Below, one piece after another: positions 1-10,400 of a DNA stretch of 63,783 bases. Numbering within the stretch: position 1 is the stretch's first letter; the number at the start of each line of letters is the position of its first letter. Made by a program: the position numbers and the translations under genes. The DNA is from an uncultured virus (IMG/VR IMGVR_UViG_3300006620_000015) (lineage: Duplodnaviria > Heunggongvirae > Uroviricota > Caudoviricetes), in the IMG/VR virus record IMGVR_UViG_3300006620_000015. One strand, given 5' to 3'. The notes beneath the pieces were generated by a model. It did no database searches and had not been told where the DNA came from. It saw only the letters and a program-made list of their open reading frames with translations.

Positions 1-385
1 CATTGTCAACAACATAGTTGATAGTTCTAGTTAAATCAGCAGTATTTGCTAATGCTACACCAAAGAAAGGAACACTTGAACTAGCAGGAGGAGTTGCGAA
101 TGTAATTTGATCACCAGATACGGTATAACCAACTCCTGGTTCTAAAATAACATTATCCATAGAGATGATCAATTGCTGATCATTCAATGCTTCATAAGCA
201 TCTCCACTAACTGTTAGTGGAAATACTGTTCTACTACCATCAAATAATGATGTTAAACTATCCAGAATTAAATTCTGATATTGAACACCTTTAGATGGAG
301 CTTCATAATTAAGACCAATGCTATAATCATTGGCAACATTCTGAGTAACATCAAAGTTAGTAGTACTTACTTCGTAATTGGCCAC
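1..385 (-). CDS. Virion structural protein, partial (runs off the window edge); not in the ORF track
   Basis: GTG at 385-383 overlaps the TAG of the upstream gene. The frame is open to the edge: MANYEVSTTNFDVTQ...FDGSRTVFPLTVSG...QQLIISMDNVILEPGVGYTVSGDQITFATPP. This module also occurs in the gp7 C-terminus here. Confidence 0.75.
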   Translation of the reverse strand, partial: MANYEVSTTNFDVTQNVANDYSIGLNYEAPSKGVQYQNLILDSLTSLFDGSRTVFPLTVSGDAYEALNDQQLIISMDNVILEPGVGYTVSGDQITFATPPASSSVPFFGVALANTADLTRTINYVVDN

Positions 386-723
386 TATACTGTTACTCCT
401 GGTGTTACCGTTGCAATTCCTTCAATGAATCTAGTCTTTACTCCACTCGCAGAAGTCAAGACCAAATCATAAACATATCTTCTTGGTTTCAGGGTAGCAG
501 TGACTGTATCACTTAAATTAATTTTTAAAATACCTTTACTCCTATCAGCAAAAGTAACTGTAAACGGTGTTGCAGCACTTGAGGTATAATAACTAGTCTT
601 CAGTTTTGCCTCTGCAGTAAATCCAAGAAGATTTACCGAGGCTCCATCTGAATTCTTGATAGTAAAGGTCGCTGAGAAGTCAGTACCCTGCTCTATCACT
701 AGGTTAATTGTAATTGCGGACAT
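385..723 (-). CDS. Conserved cyanophage virion/baseplate-associated protein
   Basis: MSAITINLVIEQGTDF...RYVYDLVL...EGIATVTPGVT pattern typical of T4-like cyanophage structural genes; late promoter and SD upstream. Confidence 0.7.
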   Translation of the reverse strand: MSAITINLVIEQGTDFSATFTIKNSDGASVNLLGFTAEAKLKTSYYTSSAATPFTVTFADRSKGILKINLSDTVTATLKPRRYVYDLVLTSASGVKTRFIEGIATVTPGVTV

Positions 724-728
724 GTACT

Positions 729-766
729 AAAAAAGACCTTCCTTGTTATTTATAAGGAAGATCTTT
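729..766 (-). terminator. Intrinsic terminator / SD-sequestering hairpin
   Basis: Minus strand AAAGATCTTCCTT-ATAAATAAC-AAGGAAGGTCTTT followed by further T residues. Confidence 0.7.
747..754 (-). promoter_or_regulatory. T4-type late promoter TATAAATA inside a hairpin
   Basis: Plus strand tatttata at 747-754, 23 bp upstream of the ATG at 723. Confidence 0.85.
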
Positions 767-770
767 AAAG

Positions 771-971
771 TTATTCTGCTGCTACTGGTTCTGCCTCAGC
801 AGTTTCTTCAGTTGCTGGCGGAGGATCCATAATATCAATTGCTTCAAGAGCACCTTTCAGTTTCAGTGCAAGTTCACGCTTTGCAACGAGTTGTGCTTCA
901 AGATTCTTGATTTCAGTGACAGTATTTTCAAATTGGGTTGTAAAATTCTCACGAAGAGTTGCGGGTTCCAT
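771..971 (-). CDS. Small coiled-coil hypothetical protein
   Basis: 66-aa ORF; CTAAATA late-like motif at 1007-1013 upstream. Confidence 0.7.
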   Translation of the reverse strand: MEPATLRENFTTQFENTVTEIKNLEAQLVAKRELALKLKGALEAIDIMDPPPATEETAEAEPVAAE

Positions 972-1017
972 GGTATTCCTCAGTTCAGGATAATTATACT
1001 ACAATTTATTTAGTGCG

Positions 1018-2415
1018 TCAAGAAATCTTAAATGCTGTCTGGAAATCCGTACTGGCACTACTCCAACTAGAAGTATCACTAGCATTAGTAAACTCTACTG
1101 TTCTGGATGTCACATCTGTTGTAGATGAAAAAGTGTAAGTTCCAGATCCACTAAGAGCAGGATCACTAATAGACTCAACCTTGAAATAAGTATCAGATTC
1201 TGGTGGAGATTGACCAGTAACTGATGTAAAGTTGCCAGTAGGACCATCAGTAGTGTATCTAATGACCGCTGAAGTTGTTTGACTGCTTCCTAATCTAGAA
1301 ATTGATGAACTCTGAGTTCTAGCTAGAACAAGTAAATTTCCCTCTGTATCAGTTTCACCAGAAATGAGTTCAAATACACCAGGAGTGTAATAACCATCGG
1401 TATCATTATAATATCCCATCTTTCTAGACCATACAACAGAACTTAAATCAGAACTGAGTTTATATACGGTAAGAAAATCTTTAGAAGAACTTCTTCCTAC
1501 AACGTAAGCTCCTCCGTTTACTCTATCACAGGCAACAAAACTATCTGCAGTACCAATAAATACTCTCGCAGAACTTGATCTAACCATGTTACTGTTATAT
1601 TTTGTTATCATCCAATATGTCTGATTTCCTGATCCATCAGGTTGAGCAAAATATTTGTCGTTATTATTATCAACAAAAAATTTACGGTCAATATATTGAC
1701 TAAATGTATTACTAGATTTATACTGAGTTACACTATTAAGATTAGTCTTAAGATGTTTTGTTATATAAGAATTACTGTTAGAACTTGAGGCATTTCCACT
1801 ATGATGAATCCAAACATCGCCGTTACTATCTAAGTCCATTGAATGTAGAATATGTCTAGTTGAGGCAGACTTGTAGTTTACTGAACTAAGAGAATTAAAA
1901 TCTGAATTAGCCTGATATAAAAGATAACCATCATAACTATCACCTCTAGTACAAGCGAAGTAATTATAAGTACCATCAGAAATTACATTAGCCTCAGTAA
2001 CTAAGTATGATGTAGTCTGAACTCTATATCCAGTAGAAGTAAGAGATCCACCAGCAGCAACAGTGGGTTGATTTGTTTTGCCAAAGAATCCTTGATTACT
2101 ACTATTATTAGTTCCGAATATTACAGTGTCATCGTCAGCAGAATAAACTGCTGTGTTGCCTTGATATGAGTTTGGATCTTGTGAATATTTCCACCTTCCC
2201 TTAAAATTACCAGTTTTATCAATACCTTCAATATTGAACTGGGTAGATGCACCACCGCTAGTCAAAAAGAATACATCTCCTTTTGAACTGGAAGTTATAA
2301 CTCTACCAGTTCGCGATGAGGTGTGAGCACCATCAGCTACACTTGTTTTAGTAAAATAAGCAAATCCCGAAATTTCACCTGAAGGACTATATCCGAGTAA
2401 AATTTGTTGCATCAT
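1018..2415 (-). CDS. Putative fibre-associated / receptor-binding protein (beta-rich)
   Basis: 465 aa, Ser/Thr/Tyr-rich, MMQQILLGY N-terminus, directly downstream of a tail fibre gene. Confidence 0.55.
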   Translation of the reverse strand: MMQQILLGYSPSGEISGFAYFTKTSVADGAHTSSRTGRVITSSSKGDVFFLTSGGASTQFNIEGIDKTGNFKGRWKYSQDPNSYQGNTAVYSADDDTVIFGTNNSSNQGFFGKTNQPTVAAGGSLTSTGYRVQTTSYLVTEANVISDGTYNYFACTRGDSYDGYLLYQANSDFNSLSSVNYKSASTRHILHSMDLDSNGDVWIHHSGNASSSNSNSYITKHLKTNLNSVTQYKSSNTFSQYIDRKFFVDNNNDKYFAQPDGSGNQTYWMITKYNSNMVRSSSARVFIGTADSFVACDRVNGGAYVVGRSSSKDFLTVYKLSSDLSSVVWSRKMGYYNDTDGYYTPGVFELISGETDTEGNLLVLARTQSSSISRLGSSQTTSAVIRYTTDGPTGNFTSVTGQSPPESDTYFKVESISDPALSGSGTYTFSSTTDVTSRTVEFTNASDTSSWSSASTDFQTAFKIS

Positions 2416-2416
2416 A

Positions 2417-4297
2417 TCAGCTTACCCCCGTACCAGAAATATATGCCTTTGAATTAGTAATATACAATATCGTTGCTATTCCATATCCTGCTAATGTCTT
2501 GTTGCCAGTAGTTCCATCAGTAAAAGTGAGTGTCATTCCACTACCTTGAGTAAGTGTAACTGCAGAACTGTGATCATTTACTACTGTGATCATAGATCCA
2601 GCAGCTAATCCAGATGCTCCTCCTTCAAATGTTACCGAACCACTGCCAACAGCGACAATTGCCTCTCCAGAACTATAGTTGGTGGTGTTAACTGTTTCAG
2701 CACCAGTTGAGTTGTTAATTTTGACAGTTCTAATATCTACACTTAACTTATCAGTGATGGTGCCATCGGCAAGAATTTTTGCTGCTGCCCCAGTACCGTC
2801 AACATCAGTAGGACTTACATAGAAACCATTAGCTAAGAATAGATGAGCTGAGTTAGTGCCACTATTGTTGACATTGCCGAGACGAAGAAGTTGGTCACTA
2901 CCTGCGTTATTTGCGTGATTTACTCTTACAGTACTTGTGGATTCTATACTACCAGTAACTTTCAGACCAATATTAGATTCCCACATTCCAGTGGAATTAC
3001 TATAAGCAATCGTCTTGTCTGTCGTAGCTTTCAGTGTGATTCCACCACCGTCAGCTGTGGTATCTGAGGGAGCAGCACTAGCGCCAAGTTCAATATTCTT
3101 ATCTTCTACAACCAGAGTGGTTGTGTCGATGGTCGTGGTAGATCCAGAAACATCAAGGTTACCTACAAGATATAGATCCTTCCAAACAACAACTCTTTCA
3201 TTACCATTATCAGTTCTGAACTGCATATAGTCATTGCTACCTTCTCTAATTCTTAATGCGTTTTGTTCATCATCTGGAATAGAAATAACATTATTTCCAG
3301 TCGCATTCTCAAAGCTAAGATCATATGCAAGTTTTAATTCATTATTAATAGTAGTATTTCCAGATTGAGTTGAGTTACCAATATTAACAGTGTTATTGAT
3401 GAATACATCAACAGTATTAGATGATGACAGTAACTCGCCACCGTTTACATTAAGGTCACCAGAACAAACAACGTCATCACTCAGAATGTTGAAGTTGGTA
3501 TTTCCGCCACCGCCAGAAACACCCATATTAACCGTAGTTGCAGCACCAAACGCATTAACCGTAGTTGCTACTGTATTAAACAGATTTTGTGTTGTTTCTG
3601 ATCCGACAATCGTAGGATTTCTGAGTGTAAGAGTTCCCGTTGTTGCACCAAGACGAATCGCAGTGCCAGCACCAAATGCTTCTACAGTTGTGGCATAATC
3701 ATCAAACAGATCTACTGTAGTTTGAGTGCTAGGAACTCTAACGTCTCCAGAATCTACTTGAAGATATCCTGTAAATGTTGAGTTTTCATCAACTGTCAGA
3801 GTATCAATACTAGCAGTGCCATCAACCCAAAGATTATTCCACTGTTTAGTGGCAGAACCTAAGTTATAATTTGCAGTGCTATCTGGGACAATACTGGAAG
3901 TAAGTTCTGCATTGAAAACAATATTGTCTGTATTGAGATCACCGAATGTCAGAGTACCGCCTGATCCAGCACCTGCTCTAAATGTAATATCTCCGTCTAC
4001 TTCTAAATTACCAGCAATGGCAAGACCAGTGCTCAATCCAATCTTATTTGCATCTACCTTATAAAAACCTTGACCAGCATCCCAATATAAACTTGGAGAT
4101 GCTAATGAACCAGCATCCATTCCATGGGTCTGGTTAACTAAATCAACATCACCATTGACGATCTCATTGATACCACTGACAAGTACATTCGTCGGCGTCA
4201 ATAAAGTTGATGCATCACCAACATCAGTGCCGATGAGGTTAATCATCTGGCGCTGTTGTTCAAACGTAAAGCTTGTAAGGACTTCTCTAATTGCCAT
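2417..4297 (-). CDS. Tail fibre protein
   Basis: 626 aa; TFEQQRQMIN N-terminus, GNLxVxG...TTLVVEDKNIELG...ADGGGITL fibre module, ISGTGVS C-terminus. Confidence 0.75.
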   Translation of the reverse strand: MAIREVLTSFTFEQQRQMINLIGTDVGDASTLLTPTNVLVSGINEIVNGDVDLVNQTHGMDAGSLASPSLYWDAGQGFYKVDANKIGLSTGLAIAGNLEVDGDITFRAGAGSGGTLTFGDLNTDNIVFNAELTSSIVPDSTANYNLGSATKQWNNLWVDGTASIDTLTVDENSTFTGYLQVDSGDVRVPSTQTTVDLFDDYATTVEAFGAGTAIRLGATTGTLTLRNPTIVGSETTQNLFNTVATTVNAFGAATTVNMGVSGGGGNTNFNILSDDVVCSGDLNVNGGELLSSSNTVDVFINNTVNIGNSTQSGNTTINNELKLAYDLSFENATGNNVISIPDDEQNALRIREGSNDYMQFRTDNGNERVVVWKDLYLVGNLDVSGSTTTIDTTTLVVEDKNIELGASAAPSDTTADGGGITLKATTDKTIAYSNSTGMWESNIGLKVTGSIESTSTVRVNHANNAGSDQLLRLGNVNNSGTNSAHLFLANGFYVSPTDVDGTGAAAKILADGTITDKLSVDIRTVKINNSTGAETVNTTNYSSGEAIVAVGSGSVTFEGGASGLAAGSMITVVNDHSSAVTLTQGSGMTLTFTDGTTGNKTLAGYGIATILYITNSKAYISGTGVS

Positions 4298-4490
4298 TGG
4301 TAAGTTTCTTTAATAACTGCTTGATTTCATCAAGTTCTTGCTTCAAAGTATTTATCTCCGAAACCATCCCTTCTCTATTTGCTTTCGCTTTCATATAACG
4401 CTCATAGTCTGCCCGACTAGAGTTAATCACAGCACCGCTATCAGGATCCCGATAGAGGTTGCTGTGACCTTCAACTTTTATTTTACTCAT
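4287..4490 (-). CDS. Conserved small cyanophage protein
   Basis: KVEGHSNLYRDPDSGAVIN motif plus C-terminal coiled coil; ATGA-coupled to the upstream gene. Confidence 0.75.
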   Translation of the reverse strand: MSKIKVEGHSNLYRDPDSGAVINSSRADYERYMKAKANREGMVSEINTLKQELDEIKQLLKKLTNGN

Positions 4491-7400
4491 GAGTGTGCAA
4501 TTACGCGGAGATCTTCAATTCGTGGAGCAAGTGCTGGATTACTTCCAGCAAACACAATCTTGATAGCAAATGCTGAGAATGGTTTCAAATTGTTTGCAGT
4601 GTAAACATATTCTAGATAAGAATTCATATCCTCAACAGATGGCGATAATGATTTACCTTGCTCTGGAGTAATACTTGAATTAAAATCAGAAAGTCCAGTA
4701 CCATTAAAATACTGCCATCCAATATCAGTGAAGTTATCAGAACTTCCATCTGGACGAATCTTGAATAAGACCTTTACATTTTCATTGTTAAACAAGTTAG
4801 CTGTTAATTTACAATCCAAAGATGTTGCGGGACTATCGAGACTTACTTCTTTTGTAATGTACTTAGAAGCACTAGAACTATTAAATGTAGTCTCATCAAC
4901 ATAAAGGAATCCATTACTCTTAGAAACACCAGTGACGAGTCTAGCAGTCACTGGAGAAGTTCCTGCATTTGTATCATCAATTCTGTCATTTTCAGAGAAG
5001 AGATCGTCTGTAATTACTTTAACTTTAAGATTTCCAGTTCCAGAATCCCATCCAATAACAATACCAGTCTTGATTGTAATGCCTGCCAAAGTTGCACTTA
5101 CAGCACCTTGGGCCACAGATTGTCCGTCAACGAATGTTCCTGTGATATCAATTAATTCAAGTACATTACCATTGACATTTACAATTTGAGCAGATGCACC
5201 AGATCCAGATTGAGTTAATCTACTAGCACTATCGACTGTGTTGATAAATGATCCTCCAGATACACCAGTTACAGTAAATTGTCCAGCTTCAACAGTATCA
5301 GGAGAAACTGTAGATACAGTAAAATCAGAAGTTGTTGGTAGAACTAATGTTTGTGAGATAGCACCAAATCTATCTTCATTTCCTTTTGGATTATCCATTC
5401 TTGTTGCCGCTGTAATCAAGTTGCAACGATTGACATCAAGAACAGGAGAAAGATTATCTTGGTCTGTGCTCATTGAAATAGTATATGTAACAGACTTATT
5501 ACCATTCAACAACGAAGCTTGATTGCGATAGACTTCGTTTACAGATGAAGCAATAATTCTAGATTCTTCAAAGTAGTAGTTATCATTAGGACTCAGATTA
5601 TATGTGGGTGAAATAGTATAATCATTGGTTATAGAAGAATCAACTGGTCTACCATATGCAGTCTTAATATTTTGCGATACCTCTGATGATGGGAATGTCA
5701 GCATTGAAACCTGTGGTGTTGCAATTTGATATAACTTATTGGTTGTAGCGATAACATTAGAACCACCACCAGATCCACTACCAGTCATGTTTACATTCTC
5801 GGCATTCCATAATGTAGTATCAATCATGATGCAATAATTATCAAGACCAACATTTTGAACGGAGTGGAAACCATTAATCAATGTAACTGGAATTCCATAA
5901 ATTGAATTATTTGCTCCAGACCCCGAAACATTTTTGATAATGACAAAATCACCACTCTTCATTCCATGATTTGGTTGTCTCACACGAATAACTTTTTGGT
6001 TGGTGCCGAACAACTGAGAACTTCCATCGGTATTGTCAACCGTTATTGGATTGTCTGGAAGGTCCACAACATCGAGGTCTTCATTTTTAAATTCAATTGA
6101 TGCAGTTGAGCTAGTCTCAAATAAACATCTATTTACATTAAATTTAATTGCCTCTGCAGTATCCTCAGACCATGCTGTAGAATTTTGGGATTTGAATAAA
6201 GACCCTACATTAGATTGGGCAGATGCAATAACAGAACTTCCAGTAAGTTTATCTCCAATCTTAGCACTGTAAATTTCATAATCAGGTGATGAAGATGTAA
6301 CTACAAATGCATATGTTAAATCATTTTGGAGGTACACTGGTGATGGGAACTTAAATCTAGTTTTTGTGTTGCCATCAGACGAGGTTGAAACTCCCATTCT
6401 AACAGCAGGATTAGTCATCCTAATAAATGCTGTTGCCGTTGCTTGTCCATCACCACCATTAATAGTGACGTTAGGAGCGGTATAGTAATTTGAACCTCTA
6501 TTTGACACTTCAACTTCATAAATTTTTCCATTATAAATTTTGGCAGTAGCAGTGCAATTTTCACCAAATGTTCCGCCATTTTCACCAAAAACATTGATTG
6601 ATGTTGTGGAGCTGTCATAACCAGATCCAAATGCTGTTACTTTAATTCTATCAACAACACCAGAATCCTCATCAACATTAAATGTTGTTGTAGAAATAGC
6701 AGGAGCTCTATCTACAGTAAATGCTTCTCCTGAAATAAATTCTTTTCCATTATGATTTGAAAGAATTAAATTATACCTAGTATCAGTTGTAGTAACTGTC
6801 AAATCTGCTTTAACTGTTCCTGATGCTCCTGATGTTGTCCCTTTGATAGTTTCTCCTTTTTTGATAGTTTCACCAGATGGAACATTTGTATTGATCTTGA
6901 TTCTAAGTTGAGTATCAGATTCGAGTGTAGATTCACTAAATGGAACTACATTTCTAGTTGGCAATCCACCATTAGTATCAACCAAATAAACTGTTACTGG
7001 TCTATCAGTATCTGTATCTGAAGGAGTTTGCTTAGTTTTGAAGTATAGATCTACACTCGATGCAAACATTCCCCCATCAAACCCAGAAACTCTAAAAGTT
7101 TGTGCGACAGGATCCAATAAACCAGTTTGATTTACATTAACCAAAGAACTTCCGATATATTGAACTGTGTCGGAGTTTGTGGTAGATCTTCTGTTGATAT
7201 AGGGGACTCTTGTAGATTGAATTGATGTAGTAGATGTATCAGGAAGACCACTTACAGTATATACTGCTTCGGCAAACGTAACTACATTACTAGAATTACT
7301 AGAGTTGGTAGAACTAGAACTTAATCTTAATGATTTAGTACCAGCAACAAAAGATCTCTTAGTGCTAGCATTATCATAGAATGAATTGGGAGAATTGACA

Positions 7401-10400
7401 AGATCTAAAGTCTTCCTTCCTTTTCTGGGTGCAAATCCGTTTGGAATCAAGAAGAAACCACTGATATTACCCTTGCTATCTGTAACAATTTTTTCACCAA
7501 AACCTTTCTCAGCATAACCAGCCTTTCCAGTAAATGGAGTGGTCGTGCTAGTAACATCATCTGGGTTAACCCACGAAGAAACACTAATGCCATCAAAGAA
7601 AGCATAAAGTTGAGTATCTGGTTCAAGACCTTTTGTAACAAATTTTACAAGTCTAGTTCTAATATAAGGAACATATGGTTTAGAAACAACTCTTTGACCT
7701 TTGTCGGCAGAAGATGCACCATAAGGTGTCAGTCTGTTTTGTGTACCATTTCTACTTCTAGTTCTAGTTTTTCCTTTAATTACTAAATTAGGATCACCAG
7801 CAAATTGTGAACTAGTAGTATTAGTAGAATTATTCAGTGTATATGTCGGAGTTCCAGTCCAAGAAATTTGCCATTCATTCCAAAGACTACCCCAAACATT
7901 ATTATCATTTTTAATAACATCAAATACTGAATTTTCATTAACAATTAATTCAGGAGATAATGTAGTATCTTTCCATTCATCAATATCAGGATCTAACGTC
8001 ATCATCCCAGAATACTTGGATGTCTTACCTTTATTCAGAGTGATAGTTTTTGTTGAATACTTATTTTCTACAGTACTCTGCTCAGTAAATGGAAGTGTAA
8101 TTAAATCACCACTCTTAATATATCCACTTGCGGTTCTTTGTGGATCAGTGATATTACTCTCTTCAAGTTTAGTTTGAGAAGAAGCAAAACTTGGTCTAAG
8201 AACACCAGTTTGTACGTCAATGGAACACCTATAGTCTATAGACGAACTATTTCCTACTCCATGACCTTCAAAATTATCTACAAGAATACCATTTTTGAAT
8301 CTATCATTTCCAAATTCATCTCTGACCTGAGTGTTGAATGTATCCTGCTCAAGGAGACTCAGTACAGTATAATATTCAAGTTTTTCGATTCTCTTCTCAA
8401 GTTTACCGATATCGCGCATTGTAAAGCGGCGATTATCAAAACTCTTGGTAGTAATATCAGATAACTTATAAGTATATGCTGGAATATTTACATGATACAA
8501 TAAAATTCCATCAGAAATTTCCTCTGGAACTTGTGGATTAAGAGAAGGAGTTCCCTTAGCAACAACAAAGTTACCAGATTTAGAAATATAAATTGAATCA
8601 ATTCTATTCAAATAGAATTCATAACTAGATTCAAATGCAGTTCCAGAAATAGGTAGAGGTGCAGAAGATGATCCTGTCCCATTAAATTTCAGGGCATCAA
8701 TCGTTCGTGCATCACTATATCCAGGAAGAACTGTTGCTGTATTAACACCAGTAAAATCAGATACTCTTGGTCTGAAATCAACAACATCTATTAGAGAAAT
8801 TTTTCCATATACTGAGGAATCAAAATTAGGAATGTCCCCATAATCAATTCCAGTATAAGAGTCAACAGTAAAATAACCACTACCAGAATTACCAGTACCG
8901 ACGCCACCAATATGATCAAAATAATCATAAACAACTAATAGTTGATTTGTTGGTGCAATTTCGCCTGGTTTTAAAATAAGTCTTGCAAGATCATAATGTG
9001 TATCTCTTTGACCACCATCAAATGTAAATCTATCAGTAATCACAACATCAGTATTAGTTGCAGGTGCTGTTGTTGATGACATATAAACTGCTTTCAGTTG
9101 ATAACCATCAGCATATTCAAGAGGAATTACAGGATCATTAAATCCAGTTGCAATATTTGACTCTACATCAGATTTGAGAACTTTAGTTTTTGGTGAAGTG
9201 TCAATTTTTCTTATAGGAGCAATAAGTTTAAATGGTGTATTTGCAAACCCAGTAAAACTACTCATATCAATGTTGATGCTTGAACCATTAGCACCTACTG
9301 TAACCTTTCCAGAAATATCAAGAAGATTTCCGCTGGTGGGATTAGACATAACATAATCACCAGCAGAATATCCGAGGAACTGCTCATTAGTTCCAACACT
9401 TACAGTCGCTAAGGAGTTGGAGTCAAAATTACCTAAAAATTCTCTAGCTACAGTATAATTGATATTGGTGTTATTGGGGTCTAAGACCTGAGTCTTAACG
9501 TTTTTATTGGGGAGTGGATATAAAAGTGTATTAGAGGCGACTCCAGACAACTTAGAACGCTTCCTCTGAATACTCTTGGTAGTGAAAGTAGATAATACCT
9601 CACCATATACGAAAATTCTTGATGTGGTAGCAGTTCCGTCAATACACGCAAATTTGACAATGTATTTTCTATTGCGTCCAGCATTATCAATAACAGAAAT
9701 AATATCACCATTAACTAAATCAAGATCTGGTCTCGTTCCAAGGTTGTCTGCAGTAATGAAATAATCGCCTTCATTGGCACTGAAAGTTGCTCCACCTGCA
9801 ACAGCAAATGATGATTCTACTGAAGCAATGTCACCAGCAAAAGAGTTACCTGTAGTAGTCCCGTAGAAACTTTTAACAAAAGATGAATTATATGATACTA
9901 TATTTTTATAGTTCATTACAGGAGTAACTACAGCTCCAGAACCTGTTGTTGCAACAATCTCAATTTCAGGAGCTGTATTGAATTTACCAATTGTCTCTCG
10001 CGCATCATCTTCAATTGTAATAACTTTGAGTTCGTTATTTGTTACAGTAATATTTGATGTGCCAATTGCAGTAAGTCGATTTACGCCGCTAATATTAACG
10101 GCAGTGATATCAGCAGCGTCAACATATGCTGATCCAAAATTTTGAATTTTAAATTCTGAAATAGTTCCTTCTGTTTCAATGAAGTTGAAAGGAGTTGATG
10201 CACCATCTTGTTCGGATACAAGGGTTTCTCCTTCTTTAAACTCTCCGAGAACTCTGGAAAGAATTAATTCTCTAGAATCTGCAACAAGATCCTCTACAAT
10301 ACCTCTAGCACCACTAGTTTGTCCAGTGATGAATTTACCTAGAGAGAAGTTTAGTGGATCTTTACATTTAATTCTTACAAAATACTCTAAACCAAATAAA

